From Nemertoderma westbladi (lineage: Eukaryota > Animalia > Xenacoelomorpha): DNA of 64,000 nucleotides. The notes beneath the pieces are model-generated. The model saw nothing but the letters and a program-made list of their open reading frames with translations. It did not search any database and had not been told where the DNA came from. Positions 1 through 15,100 of this stretch are shown here, one piece after another (within the stretch, counting starts at the first letter, position 1; each line of letters begins with the position of its first letter). The position numbers were made by a program, and so were the translations under genes. The DNA lies in NCBI GenBank assembly GCA_032718475.1, contig JAUCBJ010008501.1, positions 62,001 through 126,000 of the forward strand, written 5' to 3'.

Positions 1-3000
1 ACATTCGGAGTTGAACCAAGGTTTACTGTGTTCCAGCTCTTGTCTACTATTGTGTGTTGTAGAGAGACGTTTGCTAGTAGATTTCTCTAATAGTTGTTTC
101 TTTGCGACATTCGGAGTTGAACCAAGGTTTACTGTGTTCCAGCTCTTGTCTACTATTGTGTGTTGTAGAGAGATGTTTGCTAGTAGATTTCTCTAATAGT
201 TGTTTCTTTGCGACATTCGGAGTTGAACCAAGGTTTGCTGTGTTCCAGCTCTTGTCTACTATTGTGTGTTGTAGAGAGATGTTTGCTAGTAGATTTCTCT
301 AATAGGTGTTTCTTTGCGACATTCGGAGTTGAACAAAGGTTTACTGTGTTCCAGCTCTTGTCTACTATTGTGTGTTGTAGAGAGATGTTTGCAAGTAGAT
401 TTCTCTAATAGTTGTTTATTTGCGACATTCGGAGTTGAACCAAGGTTTACTGTGTTCCAGCTCTTGTCTACTATTGTGTGTTGTAGAGAGATGTTTGCTA
501 GTAGATTTCTCTAATAGTTTTTATTTGCGACATTCGGAGTTGAGCCAAGGTTTACTGTGTTCTAGCTCTTGTCTACTATTGAGTGTTGTAGAGAGATGTT
601 TGCTAGTAGATTTCTCTAATAGTTGTTTCTTTGCGACATTCGGAGTTGAACAAAGGTTTACTGTGTTCCAGCTCTTGTCTACTATTGTGTGTAGAGAGAT
701 GTTTGCTAGTAGATTTCTCTAATAGTTGTTTATTTGCGACATTCGGAGTTGAACCAAGGTTTACTGTGTTCCAGCTCTTGTCTTCTATTGTGTGTTGTAG
801 AGAGATGTTTGCTAGTAGATTTCTCTAATAGTTGTTTATTTGCGACATTCGGAGTTGAACCAAGGTTTACTGTGTTCCAGCTCTTGTCTACTATCGTGTG
901 TTGTAGAGAGATGTTTGCTAGTAGATTTCTCTAATAGTTGTTTATTTGCGACATTCGGAGTTGAACCAAGGTTTACTGTGTTCCAGCTCTTGTCTACTAT
1001 TGTGTGTTGTAGAGAGATGTTTGCTAGTAGATTTCTCTAATAGTTGTTTCTTTGCGACATTCGGAGTTGAACAAAGGTTTACTGTGTTCCAGCTCTTGCC
1101 TACTATTGTGTGTAGAGAGATGTTTGCTAGTAGATTTCTCTAATAGTTGTTTCTTTGCGACATTCGGAGTTGAACCAAGATTTACTGTGTTCCAGCTCTT
1201 GTCTACTATTGTTTGTTGTAGTGAGATGTTTGCTAGTAGATTTCTCTAATAGTTGTTTCTTTGCGACATTCGGAGTTGAACAAAGGTTTACTGTGTTCCA
1301 GCTCTTGTCTCCTATTGTGTGTTGTAGAGAGATGTTTGCTAGTAGATTTCTCTAACAGTTGTTTCTTTGCGACATTCGGAGTTGAACCAAGGTTTACTGT
1401 GTTCCAGCTCTTGTCTACTATTGTGTGTAGTATATATGTTTGCTAGTAGATTTCTCTAATAGTTGTTTCTTTGCGACATTCGGAGTTGAACAAAGGTTTA
1501 CTGTGTTCCAGCTCTTGTCTACTATTGTTTGTTGTAGAAAGATGTTTGCAAGTAGATTTCTCTAATAGTTGTTTCTTTGCGACATTCGGAGTTGAACCAA
1601 GGTTTACTGTGTTCCAGCTCTTGTCTACTATTGTGTGTTGTAGAGAGATGTTTGCTAGTAGATTTCTCTAATAGATGTTTATTTGCGACATTCGGAGTTG
1701 AACCAAGGTTTACTGTGTTCCAGCTCTTGTCTACTATTGTGTGTTGTAGAGAGATGTTTGCTAGTAGATTTCTCTAATAGTTGTTTATTTGCGAATTCGG
1801 AGTTGAACCAAGGTTTACTGTGTTCCAGCTCTTGTCTACTATTGTGTGTTGTAGAGAGATGTTTGCAAGTAGATTTCTCTAATAGTTGTTTATTTGCGAC
1901 ATTCGGAGTTGAACCAAGGTTTACTGTGTTCCAGCTCTTGTCTACTATTGTGTGTTGTAGAGAGATGTTTGCTAGTAGATTTCTTTAATAGTTGTTTCTT
2001 TGCGACATTCGGAGTTGAACCAAGGTTTACTGTGTTCCAGCTCTTGTCTACTATTGTGTGTTGTAGAGAGATGTTTGCTAGTAGATTTCTCTAATAGTTG
2101 TTTCTTTGCGACATTCGGAGTTGAACAAAGGTTTACTGTGTTCCAGCTCTTGTCTACTATTGTGTGTAGAGAGATGTTTGCTAGTAGATTTCTCTAATAG
2201 TTGTTTATTTGCGACATTCGGAGTTGAACAAAGGTTTACTGTGTTCCAGTTCTTGTCTACTATTGTGTGTTGTAGAGAGATGTTTGCTAGTAGATTTCTC
2301 TAATAGTTGTTTATTTGCGACATTCGGAGTTGAACCAAGGTTTACTGTGTTCCAGCTCTTGTCTACTATTGTGTGTTGTAGAGAGATGTTTGCTAGTAGA
2401 TTTCTCTAATAGTTGTTTCTTTGCGACATTCGGAGTTGAACCAAGGTTTACTGTGTTCCAGTTCTTGTCTACTATTGTGTGTTGTAGAGAGATGTTTGCT
2501 AGTAGATTTCTCTAATAGTTGTTTATTTGCGACATTCGGAGTTGAACCAAGGTTTACTGTGTTCCAGTTCTTGTCTACTATTGTGTGTTGTAGAGAGATG
2601 TTTGCTAGTAGATTTCTCTAATAGTTGTTTATTTGCGACATTCGGAGTTGAACCAAGGTTTACTGTGTTCCAGTTCTTGTCTACTATTGTGTGTTGTAGA
2701 GAGATGTTTGCTAGTAGATTTCTCTAATAGTTGTTTATTTGCGACATTCGGAGTTGAACCAAGGTTTACTGTGTTCCAGCTCTTGTCTACTATTGTGTGT
2801 TGTAGAGAGATGTTTGCAAGTAGATTTCTCTAATAGTTGTTTATTTGCGACATTCGGAGTTGAACAAAGGTTTACTGTGTTCCAGCTCTTGTCTACTATT
2901 GTGTGTTGTAGAGAGATGTTTGCTAGTAGAGTTCTCTAATAGTTGTTTCTTTGCGACATTCGGAGTTGAACAAAGGTTTACTGTGTTCCAGCTCTTGTCT

Positions 3001-5314
3001 ACTATTGTGTGTTGTAGAGAGATGTTTGCAAGTAGATTTCTCTAATAGTTGTTTATTTGCGACATTCGGAGTTGAACCAAGGTTTACTGTGTTCCAGCTC
3101 TTGTCTACTATTGTGTGTTGTAGAGAGATGTTTGCAAGTAGATTTCTCTAATAGTTGTTTATTTGCGACATTCGGAGTTGAACCAAGGTTTACTGTGTTC
3201 CAGCTCTTGTCTACTATTGTGTGTTGTAGAGAGACGTTTGCTAGTAGATTTCTCTAATAGTTGTTTCTTTGCGACATTCGGAGTTGAACCAAGGTTTACT
3301 GTGTTCAAGCTCTTGTCTACTATTGTGTGTTGTAGAGAGATGTTTGCTAGTAGATTTCTCTAATAGTTGTTTCTTTGCGACATTCGGAGTTGAACCAAGG
3401 TTTGCTGTGTTCCAGCTCTTGTCTACTATTGTGTGTTGTAGAGAGATGTTTGCTAGTAGATTTCTCTAATAGTTGTTTCTTTGCGACATTCGGAGTTGAA
3501 CAAAGGTTTACTGTGTTCCAGCTCTTGTCTACTATTGTGTGTTGTAGAGAGATGTTTGCAAGTAGATTTCTCTAATAGTTGTTTCTTTGCGACATTCGGA
3601 GTTGAACAAAGGTTTACTGTGTTCCAGCTCTTGTCTACTATTGTGTGTAGAGAGATGTTTGCTAGTAGATTTCTCTAATAGTTGTTTATTTGCGACATTC
3701 GGAGTTGAACCAAGGTTTACTGTGTTCCAGCTCTTGTCTTCTATTGTGTGTTGTAGAGAGATGTTTGCTAGTAGATTTCTCTAATAGTTGTTTATTTGCG
3801 ACATTCGGAGTTGAACCAAGGTTTACTGTGTTCCAGCTCTTGTCTACTATCGTGTGTTGTAGAGAGATGTTTGCTAGTAGATTTCTCTAATAGTTGTTTA
3901 TTTGCGACATTCGGAGTTGAACCAAGGTTTACTGTGTTCCAGCTCTTGTCTACTATTGTGTGTTGTAGAGAGATGTTTGCTAGTAGATTTCTCTAATAGT
4001 TGTTTCTTTGCGACATTCGGAGTTGAACAAAGGTTTACTGTGTTCCAGCTCTTGCCTACTATTGTGTGTAGAGAGATGTTTGCTAGTAGATTTCTCTAAT
4101 AGTTGTTTATTTGCGACATTCGGAGTTGAACCAAGATTTACTGTGTTCCAGCTCTTGTCTACTATTGTTTGTTGTAGTGAGATGTTTGCTAGTAGATTTC
4201 TCTAATAGTTGTTTCTTTGCGACATTCGGAGTTGAACAAAGGTTTACTGTGTTCCAGCTCTTGTCTACTATTGTGTGTTGTAGAGAGATGTTTGCTAGTA
4301 GATTTCTCTAACAGTTGTTTCTTTGCGACATTCGGAGTTGAACCAAGGTTTACTGTGTTCCAGCTCTTGTCTACTATTGTGTGTAGTAGATATGTTTGCT
4401 AGTAGATTTCTCTAATAGTTGTTTATTTGCGACATTCGGAGTTGAACCAAGGTTTACTGTGTTCCAGCTCTTGTCTACTATCGTGTGTTGTAGAGAGATG
4501 TTTGCTAGTAGATTTCTCTAATAGTTGTTTATTTGCGACATTCGGAGTTGAACCAAGGTTTACTGTGTTCCAGCTCTTGTCTACTATTGTGTGTTGTAGA
4601 GAGATGTTTGCTAGTAGATTTCTCTAATAGTTGTTTCTTTGCGACATTCGGAGTTGAACAAAGGTTTACTGTGTTCCAGCTCTTGCCTACTATTGTGTGT
4701 AGAGAGATGTTTGCTAGTAGATTTCTCTAATAGTTGTTTATTTGCGACATTCGGAGTTGAACCAAGATTTACTGTGTTCCAGCTCTTGTCTACTATTGTT
4801 TGTTGTAGTGAGATGTTTGCTAGTAGATTTCTCTAATAGTTGTTTCTTTGCGACATTCGGAGTTGAACAAAGGTTTACTGTGTTCCAGCTCTTGTCTACT
4901 ATTGTGTGTTGTAGAGAGATGTTTGCTAGTAGATTTCTCTAACAGTTGTTTCTTTGCGACATTCGGAGTTGAACCAAGGTTTACTGTGTTCCAGCTCTTG
5001 TCTACTATTGTGTGTAGTAGATATGTTTGCTAGTAGATTTCTCTAATAGTTGTTTCTTTGCGACATTCGGAGTTGAACAAAGGTTTACTGTGTTCCAGCT
5101 CTTGTCTACTATTGTTTGTTGTAGAAAGATGTTTGCAAGTAGATTTCTCTAATAGTTGTTTCTTTGCGACATTCGGAGTTGAACCAAGGTTTACTGTGTT
5201 CCAGCTCTTGTCTACTATTGTGTGTAGTAGATATGTTTGCTAGTAGATTTCTCTAATAGTTGTTTCTTTGCGACATTCGGAGTTGAACCAAGGTTTACTG
5301 TGTTCCAGCTCTTG
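1..5314. repeat. Satellite array, 106-bp unit with 103-bp variants (segment 1, runs off the left edge)
   Basis: Head-to-tail copies of ttgcgacattcggagttgaaccaaggtttactgtgttccagctcttgtctactattgtgtgttgtagagagatgtttgctagtagatttctctaatagttgtttct; ORF-track starts recur every 106 or 103 bp. Confidence 0.99.
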
Positions 5315-6188
5315 GCTCCAGAAGTCGAGGAAATCCTGCCAAGTACCTAACTGATCTAGACTTTGCTGATGACTTAGGAGTACTCTCAGAATCATTAGAG
5401 AGAGCCCAACGGCTCCTCAGCTCATTAGAACATGCTGCTTCTAGTGTTGGTCTTTTTATTAACTCCAGAAAGACCAAAATTCTGACAGTAAACTTTGAAA
5501 GTCCTCAGCAAGTCTCTGATCGGATGAGCATAAGCTCAAAGGATGGTATGCTTGAGCATGTGGACGACTTCTGTTACCTGGGATCATGGATCCGGAAGTC
5601 AGGTGAGGACCTTCGAATACGTAAGGGAAAGGCATGGGCAGCCTTGAATAGGCTTTCCAGGATTTGGAAGTCACCTAGAATTAATCGGAAACTTAAGGTC
5701 CGATTATTTAGAGCAGCAGTAGTTCCAGTACTCCTCTACGGGAGTCCATGCTGGGCTCTAACTGCTGAGGACACCAAATCTCTGGATGGCACATTCACAA
5801 GAATGCTACGCCGGGTTCATTGTGTCAAGTACAATGCACACATCTCCAACCAGGCACTATATAACATTGGAGGTGTCTCATTGGTTCACCCAAGCTTGAC
5901 ACTAGAACAAAATCGCCTCCGCTTTGCAGGACATTGCTTTCGCCGTGAGGACCAGCCAGTGCATAATCTTGTACTTTGGCAGCCTCATGGAGTGAATAAG
6001 CATGGTGGACAGCCCATGACTTTCTTGAGACGCATCTTAAAGGACACTGGCCTTAAAGATGCGGATGATCTAGCAAATGTCATGGGTGATAGGGAGTTGT
6101 GGCGGTGCAATTTTGTTGACAAGCCGGCACAGCATTCTTAAAAATGCAGCTGCAATGCAGCATGCCGATCCTAGTAGTAGTAGTAGTA
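5315..6188 (+). mobile_element. 5'-truncated RTE-clade non-LTR retrotransposon (RT C-terminal part, 3' UTR, (TAG)n tail)
   Basis: Open frame 5317-6141 reads SRSRGNPAKYLTDLDFADDL...FCYLGS...LRFAGHCFR; ends in tagtagtagtagtag; satellite breaks at cttg| and resumes at tactattg with 2 bp lost and no TSD. Confidence 0.92.
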
Positions 6189-9100
6189 CTATTGTGTGTT
6201 GTAGAGAGATGTTTGCTAGTAGATTTCTCTAATAGTTGTTTCTTTGCGACATTCGGAGTTGAACCAAGGTTTACTGTGTTCTAGCTCTTGTCTACTATTG
6301 TGTGTTGTAGAGAGATGTTTGCTAGTAGATTTCTCTAATAGTTGTTTCTTTGCGACATTCGGAGTTGAACCAAGGTTTACTGTGTTCCAGCTCTTGTCTA
6401 CTATTGTGTGTAGAGAGATGTTTGCTAGTAGATTTCTCTAATAGTTGTTTCTTTGCGACATTCGGAGTTGAACCAAGGTTTACTGTGTTCCAGCTCTTGT
6501 CTACTATTGTGTGTTGTAGAGAGATGTTTGCAAGTAGATTTCTCTAATAGTTGTTTCTTTGCGACATTCGGAGTTGAACCAAGGTTTACTGTGTTCCAGC
6601 TCTTGCCTACTATTGTGTGTTGTAAAGAGATGTTTGCTAGTAGATTTCTTTAATAGTTGTTTCTTTGCGACATTCGGAGTTGAACCAAGGTTTACTGTGT
6701 TCCAGCTCTTGCCTACTATTGTGTGTAGAGAGATGTTTGCTAGTAGATTTCTTTAATAGTTGTTTATTTGCGACATTCGGAGTTGAACAAAGGTTTACTG
6801 TGTTCCAGCTCTTGTCTACTATTGTGTGTAGAGAGATGTTTGCTAGTAGATTTCTCTAATAGTTGTTTCTTTGCGACATTCGGAGTTGAACAAAGGTTTA
6901 CTGTGTTCCAGCTCTTGTCTACTATTGTGTGTAGAGAGAATGTTTGCTAGTAGATTTCTCTAATAGTTGTTTCTTTGCGACATTCGGAGTTGAACCAAGG
7001 TTTACTGTGTTCCAGCTCTTGTCTACTATTGTGTGTTGTAGAGAGATGTTTGCAAGTAGATTTCTCTAATAGTTGTTTATTTGCGACATTCGGAGTTGAA
7101 CCAAGGTTTACTGTGTTCCAGCTCTTGTCTACTATTGTGTGTTGTAGAGAGATGTTTGCAAGTAGATTTCTCTAATAGTTGTTTATTTGCGACATTCGGA
7201 GTTGAACCAAGGTTTACTGTGTTCCAGCTCTTGTCTACTATTGTGTGTTGTAGAGAGACGTTTGCTAGTAGATTTCTCTAATAGTTGTTTCTTTGCGACA
7301 TTCGGAGTTGAACCAAGGTTTACTGTGTTCAAGCTCTTGTCTACTATTGTGTGTTGTAGAGAGATGTTTGCTAGTAGATTTCTCTAATAGTTGTTTCTTT
7401 GCGACATTCGGAGTTGAACCAAGGTTTACTGTGTTCCAGCTCTTGTCTACTATTGTGTGTTGTAGAGAGATGTTTGCTAGTAGATTTCTCTAATAGTTGT
7501 TTCTTTGCGACATTCGGAGTTGAACAAAGGTTTACTGTGTTCCAGCTCTTGTCTACTATTGTGTGTTGTAGAGAGATGTTTGCAAGTAGATTTCTCTAAT
7601 AGTTGTTTATTTGCGACATTCGGAGTTGAACCAAGGTTTACTGTGTTCCAGCTCTTGTCTACTATTGTGTGTTGTAGAGAGATGTTTGCTAGTAGATTTC
7701 TCTAATAGTTGTTTCTTTGCGACATTCGGAGTTGAACCAAGGTTTACTGTGTTCTAGCTCTTGTCTACTATTGAGTGTTGTAGAGAGATGTTTGCTAGTA
7801 GATTTCTCTAATAGTTGTTTCTTTGCGACATTCGGAGTTGAACAAAGGTTTACTGTGTTCCAGCTCTTGTCTACTATTGTGTGTAGAGAGATGTTTGCTA
7901 GTAGATTTCTCTAATAGTTGTTTATTTGCGACATTCGGAGTTGAACCAAGGTTTACTGTGTTCCAGCTCTTGTCTTCTATTGTGTGTTGTAGAGAGATGT
8001 TTGCTAGTAGATTTCTCTAATAGTTGTTTATTTGCGACATTCGGAGTTGAACCAAGGTTTACTGTGTTCCAGCTCTTGTCTACTATTGTGTGTTGTAGAG
8101 AGATGTTTGCTAGTAGATTTCTCTAATAGTTGTTTATTTGCGACATTCGGAGTTGAACCAAGGTTTACTGTGTTCCAGCTCTTGTCTACTATTGTGTGTT
8201 GTAGAGAGATGTTTGCTAGTAGATTTCTCTAATAGTTGTTTCTTTGCGACATTCGGAGTTGAACAAAGGTTTACTGTGTTCCAGCTCTTGCCTACTATTG
8301 TGTGTAGAGAGATGTTTGCTAGTAGATTTCTCTAATAGTTGTTTATTTGCGACATTCGGAGTTGAACCAAGATTTACTGTGTTCCAGCTCTTGTCTACTA
8401 TTGTGTGTTGTAGAGAGATGTTTGCTAGTATATTTCTCTAATAGTTGTTTCTTTGCGACATTCGGAGTTGAACAAAGGTTTACTGTGTTCCAGCTCTTGT
8501 CTACTATTGTGTGTAGAGAGATGTTTGCTAGTAGATTTCTCTAATAGTTGTTTCTTTGCGACATTCGGAGTTGAACAAAGGTTTACTGTGTTCCAGCTCT
8601 TGTCTACTATTGTGTGTAGAGAGATGTTTGCAAGTAGATTTCTCTAATAGTTGTTTATTTGCGACATTCGGAGTTGAACCAAGGTTTACTGTGTTCCAGC
8701 TCTTGTCTACTATTGTGTGTTGTAGAGAGATGTTTGCTAGTAGATTTCTCTAATAGTTGTTTCTTTGCGACATTCGGAGTTGAACAAAGGTTTACTGTGT
8801 TCCAGCTCTTGTCTACTATTGTGTGTAGAGAGATGTTTGCTAGTAGATTTCTCTAATAGTTGTTTATTTGCGACATTCGGAGTTGAACAAAGGTTTACTG
8901 TGTTCCAGCTCTTGTCTACTATTGTGTGTAGAGAGATGTTTGCTAGTAGATTTCTCTAATAGTTGTTTCTTTGCGACATTCGGAGTTAAACCAAGGTTTA
9001 CTGTGTTCCAACTCTTATCTACTATTGTGTGTAGATAGATGTTTGCTAGTAGATTTCTCTAATAGTTGTTTCTTTGCGACATTCGGAGTTGAACCAAGGT

Positions 9101-12100
9101 TTACTATGTTCCAGCTCTTGTCTACTATTGTGTGTAGATAGATGTTTACTAGTAGATTTCTCTAATAGTTGTTTCTTTGCGACATTCGGAGTTGAACCAA
9201 GGTTTACTGTGTTCCAGCTCTTGTCTACTATTGTGTGTTGTAGAGAGATGTTTGCTAGTAGATTTCTCTAATAGTTGTTTATTTGCGACATTCGGAGTTG
9301 AACAAAGGTTTACTGTGTTCCAGCTCTTGTCTACTATTGTGTGTAGAGAGATGTTTGCTAGTAGATTTCTCTAATAGTTGTTTCTTTGCGACATTCGGAG
9401 TTGAACCAAGGTTTACTGTGTTCCAGCTCTTGTCTACTATTGTGTGTTGTAGAGAGATGTTTGCAAGTAGATTTCTCTAATAGTTGTTTCTTTGCGACAT
9501 TCGGAGTTGAACCAAGGTTTACTGTGTTCCAGCTCTTGCCTACTATTGTGTGTTGTAAAGAGATGTTTGCTAGTAGATTTCTTTAATAGTTGTTTCTTTG
9601 CGACATTCGGAGTTGAACCAAGGTTTACTGTGTTCCAGCTCTTGCCTACTATTGTGTGTAGAGAGATGTTTGCTAGTAGATTTCTTTAATAGTTGTTTAT
9701 TTGCGACATTCGGAGTTGAACAAAGGTTTACTGTGTTCCAGCTCTTGTCTACTATTGTGTGTAGAGAGATGTTTGCTAGTAGATTTCTCTAATAGTTGTT
9801 TCTTTGCGACATTCGGAGTTGAACAAAGGTTTACTGTGTTCCAGCTCTTGTCTACTATTGTGTGTAGAGAGATGTTTGCTAGTAGATTTCTCTAATAGTT
9901 GTTTCTTTGCGACATTCGGAGTTGAACCAAGGTTTACTGTGTTCCAGCTCTTGTCTACTATTGTGTGTTGTAGAGAGATGTTTGCAAGTAGATTTCTCTA
10001 ATAGTTGTTTCTTTGCGACATTCGGAGTTGAACCAAGGTTTACTGTGTTCCAGCTCTTGCCTACTATTGTGTGTTGTAGAGAGATGTTTGCTAGTAGATT
10101 TCTCTAATAGTTGTTTCTTTGCGACATTCGGAGTTGAACCTTCTCTAATAGTTGTTTCTTTGCGACATTCGGAGTTGAACAAAGGTTTACTGTGTTCCAG
10201 CTCTTGTCTACAATTGTGTGTAGAGAGATGTTTGCAAGTAGATTTCTCTAATAGTTGTTTCTTTGCGACATTCGGAGTTGAACCAAGGTTTACTGTGTTC
10301 CAGCTCTTGTCTACTATTGTGTGTAGAGAGATGTTTGCAAGTAGATTTCTCTAATAGTTGTTTCTTTGCGACATTCGGAGTTGAACAAAGGTTTACTGTG
10401 TTCCAGCTCTTGTCTACTATTGTGTGTAGAGAGATGTTTGCAAGTAGATTTCTCTAATAGTTGTTTCTTTGCGACATTCGGAGTTGAACCAAGGTTTACT
10501 GTGTTCCAGCTCTTGTCTACTATTGTTTGTTGTAGTGAGATGTTTGCAAGTAGATTTCTTTAATAGTTGTTTCTTTGCGACTTTCGGAGTTGAACCAAGG
10601 TTTACTGTGTTCCAGCTCTTGTCTACTATTGTGTGTTGTAGAGAGATGTTTGCTAGTAGATTTCTCTAATAGTTGTTTATTTGCGACATTCGGAGTTGAA
10701 CCAAGGTTTACTGTGTTCCAGCTCTTGTCTACTATTGTGTGTTGTAGAGAGATGTTTGCTAGTAGATTTCTCTAATAGTTGTTTATTTGCGACATTCGGA
10801 GTTGAACCAAGGTTTACTGTGTTCCAGCTCTTGTCTACTATTGTGTGTTGTAGAGAGATGTTTGCTAGTAGATTTCTCTAATAGTTGTTTCTTTGCGACA
10901 TTCGGAGTTGAACCAAGGTTTACTGTGTTCCAGCTCTTGTCTACTATTGTGTTGTAGAGAGATGTTTGCTAGTAGATTTCTCTAATAGTTGTTTCTTTGC
11001 GACATTCGGAGTTGAACCAAGGTTTACTGTGTTCCAGCTCTTGTCTACTATTGTTGTTGTAGAGAGATGTTTGCTAGTAGATTTCTCTAATAGTTGTTTC
11101 TTTGCGACATTCGGAGTTGAACCAAGGTTTACTGTGTTCCAGCTCTTGTCTACTATTGTGTGTTGTAGAGAGATGTTTGCTAGTAGATTTCTCTAATAGT
11201 TGTTTATTTGCGACATTCGGAGTTGAACCAAGGTTTACTGTGTTCCAGCTCTTGTCTACTATTGTGTGTTGTAGAGAGATGTTTGCTAGTAGATTTCTCT
11301 AATAGTTGTTTATTTGCGACATTCGGAGTTGAACCAAGGTTTACTGTGTTCCAGCTCTTGTCTACTATTGTGTGTTGTAGAGAGATGTTTGCAAGTAGAT
11401 TTCTCTAATAGTTGTTTATTTGCGACATTCGGAGTTGAACCAAGGTTTACTGTGTTCCAGCTCTTGTCTACTATTGTGTGTTGTAGAGAGATGTTTGCTA
11501 GTAGATTTCTTTAATAGTTGTTTCTTTGCGACATTCGGAGTTGAACCAAGGTTTACTGTGTTCCAGCTCTTGTCTACTATTGTGTGTTGTAGAGAGATGT
11601 TTGCTAGTAGATTTCTCTAATAGTTGTTTCTTTGCGATATTCGGAGTTGAACAAAGGTTTACTGTGTTCCAGCTCTTGTCTACTATTGTGTGTAGAGAGA
11701 TGTTTGCTAGTAGATTTCTCTAATAGTTGTTTCTTTGCGACATTCGGAGTTGAACCAAGGTTTACTGTGTTCCAGCTCTTGTCTACTATTGTGTGTTGTA
11801 GAGAGATGTTTGCTAGTAGATTTCTCTAATAGTTGTTTATTTGCGACATTCGGAGTTGAACCAAGGTTTACTGTGTTCCAGCTCTTGTCTACTATTGTGT
11901 GTTGTAGAGAGATGTTTGCTAGTAGATTTCTCTAATAGTTGTTTCTTTGCGACATTCGGAGTTGAACAAAGGTTTACTGTGTTCCAGCTCTTGTCTACTA
12001 TTGTGTGTAGAGAGATGTTTGCTAGTAGATTTCTCTAATAGTTGTTTATTTGCGACATTCGGAGTTGAACAAAGGTTTACTGTGTTCCAGCTCTTGTCTA

Positions 12101-15100
12101 CTATTGTGTGTAGAGAGATGTTTGCTAGTAGATTTCTCTAATAGTTGTTTCTTTGCGACATTCGGAGTTAAACCAAGGTTTACTGTGTTCCAACTCTTAT
12201 CTACTATTGTGTGTAGATAGATGTTTGCTAGTAGATTTCTCTAATAGTTGTTTCTTTGCGACATTCGGAGTTGAACCAAGGTTTACTATGTTCCAGCTCT
12301 TGTCTACTATTGTGTGTAGATAGATGTTTGCTAGTAGATTTCTCTAATAGTTGTTTCTTTGCGACATTCGGAGTTGAACCAAGGTTTACTGTGTTCCAGC
12401 TCTTGTCTACTATTGTGTGTTGTAGAGAGATGTTTGCTAGTAGATTTCTCTAATAGTTGTTTATTTGCGACATTCGGAGTTGAACAAAGGTTTACTGTGT
12501 TCCAGCTCTTGTCTACTATTGTGTGTAGAGAGATGTTTGCTAGTAGATTTCTCTAATAGTTGTTTCTTTGCGACATTCGGAGTTGAACCAAGGTTTACTG
12601 TGTTCCAGCTCTTGTCTACTATTGTGTGTTGTAGAGAGATGTTTGCAAGTAGATTTCTCTAATAGTTGTTTCTTTGCGACATTCGGAGTTGAACCAAGGT
12701 TTACTGTGTTCCAGCTCTTGCCTACTATTGTGTGTTGTAAAGAGATGTTTGCTAGTAGATTTCTTTAATAGTTGTTTCTTTGCGACATTCGGAGTTGAAC
12801 CAAGGTTTACTGTGTTCCAGCTCTTGCCTACTATTGTGTGTAGAGAGATGTTTGCTAGTAGATTTCTTTAATAGTTGTTTATTTGCGACATTCGGAGTTG
12901 AACAAAGGTTTACTGTGTTCCAGCTCTTGTCTACTATTGTGTGTAGAGAGATGTTTGCTAGTAGATTTCTCTAATAGTTGTTTCTTTGCGACATTCGGAG
13001 TTGAACAAAGGTTTACTGTGTTCCAGCTCTTGTCTACTATTGTGTGTAGAGAGATGTTTGCTAGTAGATTTCTCTAATAGTTGTTTATTTGCGACATTCG
13101 GAGTTGAACAAAGGTTTACTGTGTTCCAGCTCTTGTCTACTATTGTGTGTAGAGAGATGTTTGCTAGTAGATTTCTCTAATAGTTGTTTCTTTGCGACAT
13201 TCGGAGTTGAACCAAGGTTTACTGTGTTCCAGCTCTTGTCTACTATTGTGTGTTGTAGAGAGATGTTTGCAAGTAGATTTCTCTAATAGTTGTTTCTTTG
13301 CGACATTGGGAGTTGAACCAAGGTTTACTGTGTTCCAGCTCTTGCCTACTATTGTGTGTTGTAGAGAGATGTTTGCTAGTAGATTTCTCTAATAGTTGTT
13401 TCTTTGCGACATTCGGAGTTGAACCTTCTCTAATAGTTGTTTCTTTGCGACATTCGGAGTTGAACAAAGGTTTACTGTGTTCCAGCTCTTGTCTACAATT
13501 GTGTGTAGAGAGATGTTTGCAAGTAGATTTCTCTAATAGTTGTTTCTTTGCGACATTCGGAGTTGAACCAAGGTTTACTGTGTTCCAGCTCTTGTCTACT
13601 ATTGTGTGTAGAGAGATGTTTGCAAGTAGATTTCTCTAATAGTTGTTTCTTTGCGACATTCGGAGTTGAACAAAGGTTTACTGTGTTCCAGCTCTTGTCT
13701 ACTATTGTGTGTAGAGAGATGTTTGCAAGTAGATTTCTCTAATAGTTGTTTCTTTGCGACATTCGGAGTTGAACCAAGGTTTACTGTGTTCCAGCTCTTG
13801 TCTACTATTGTTTGTTGTAGTGAGATGTTTGCAAGTAGATTTCTTTAATAGTTGTTTCTTTGCGACTTTCGGAGTTGAACCAAGGTTTACTGTGTTCCAG
13901 CTCTTGTCTACTATTGTGTGTTGTAGAAAGATGTTTGGTAGTAGATTTCTCTAATAGTTGTTTATTTGCGACATTCGGAGTTGAACCAAGGTTTACTGTG
14001 TTCCAGCTCTTGTCTACTATTGTGTGTTGTAGAGAGATGTTTGCTAGTAGATTTCTCTAATAGTTGTTTATTTGCGACATTCGGAGTTGAACCAAGGTTT
14101 ACTGTGTTCCAGCTCTTGTCTACTATTGTGTGTTGTAGAGAGATGTTTGCAAGTAGATTTCTCTAATAGTTGTTTATTTGCGACATTCGGAGTTGAACCA
14201 AGGTTTACTGTGTTCCAGCTCTTGTCTACTATTGTGTGTTGTAGAGAGATGTTTGCTAGTAGATTTCTTTAATAGTTGTTTCTTTGCGACATTCGGAGTT
14301 GAACCAAGGTTTACTGTGTTCCAGCTCTTGTCTACTATTGTGTGTTGTAGAGAGATGTTTGCTAGTAGATTTCTCTAATAGTTGTTTCTTTGCGATATTC
14401 GGAGTTGAACAAAGGTTTACTGTGTTCCAGCTCTTGTCTACTATTGTGTGTAGAGAGATGTTTGCTAGTAGATTTCTCTAATAGTTGTTTCTTTGCGACA
14501 TTCGGAGTTGAACCAAGGTTTACTGTGTTCCAGCTCTTGTCTACTATTGTGTGTTGTAGAGAGATGTTTGCTAGTAGATTTCTCTAATAGTTGTTTATTT
14601 GCGACATTCGGAGTTGAACAAAGGTTTACTGTGTTCCAGCTCTTGTCTACTATTGTGTGTAGAGAGATGTTTGCTAGTAGATTTCTCTAATAGTTGTTTC
14701 TTTGCGACATTCGGAGTTGAACCAAGGTTTACTGTGTTCCAGCTCTTGTCTACTATTGTGTGTTGTAGAGAGATGTTTGCTAGTAGATTTCTCTAATAGT
14801 TGTTTCTTTGCGACATTCGGAGTTGAACCAAGGTTTACTGTGTTCCAGCTCTTGTCTACTATTGTGTGTAGAGAGATGTTTGCTAGTAGATTTCTCTAAT
14901 AGTTGTTTCTTTGCGACATTCGGAGTTGAACCAAGGTTTACTGTGTTCCAGCTCTTGTCTACTATTGTGTGTTGTAGAGAGATGTTTGCAAGTAGATTTC
15001 TCTAATAGTTGTTTCTTTGCGACATTCGGAGTTGAACCAAGGTTTACTGTGTTCCAGCTCTTGTCTACTATTGTGTGTTGTAGAGAGATGTTTGCTAGTA

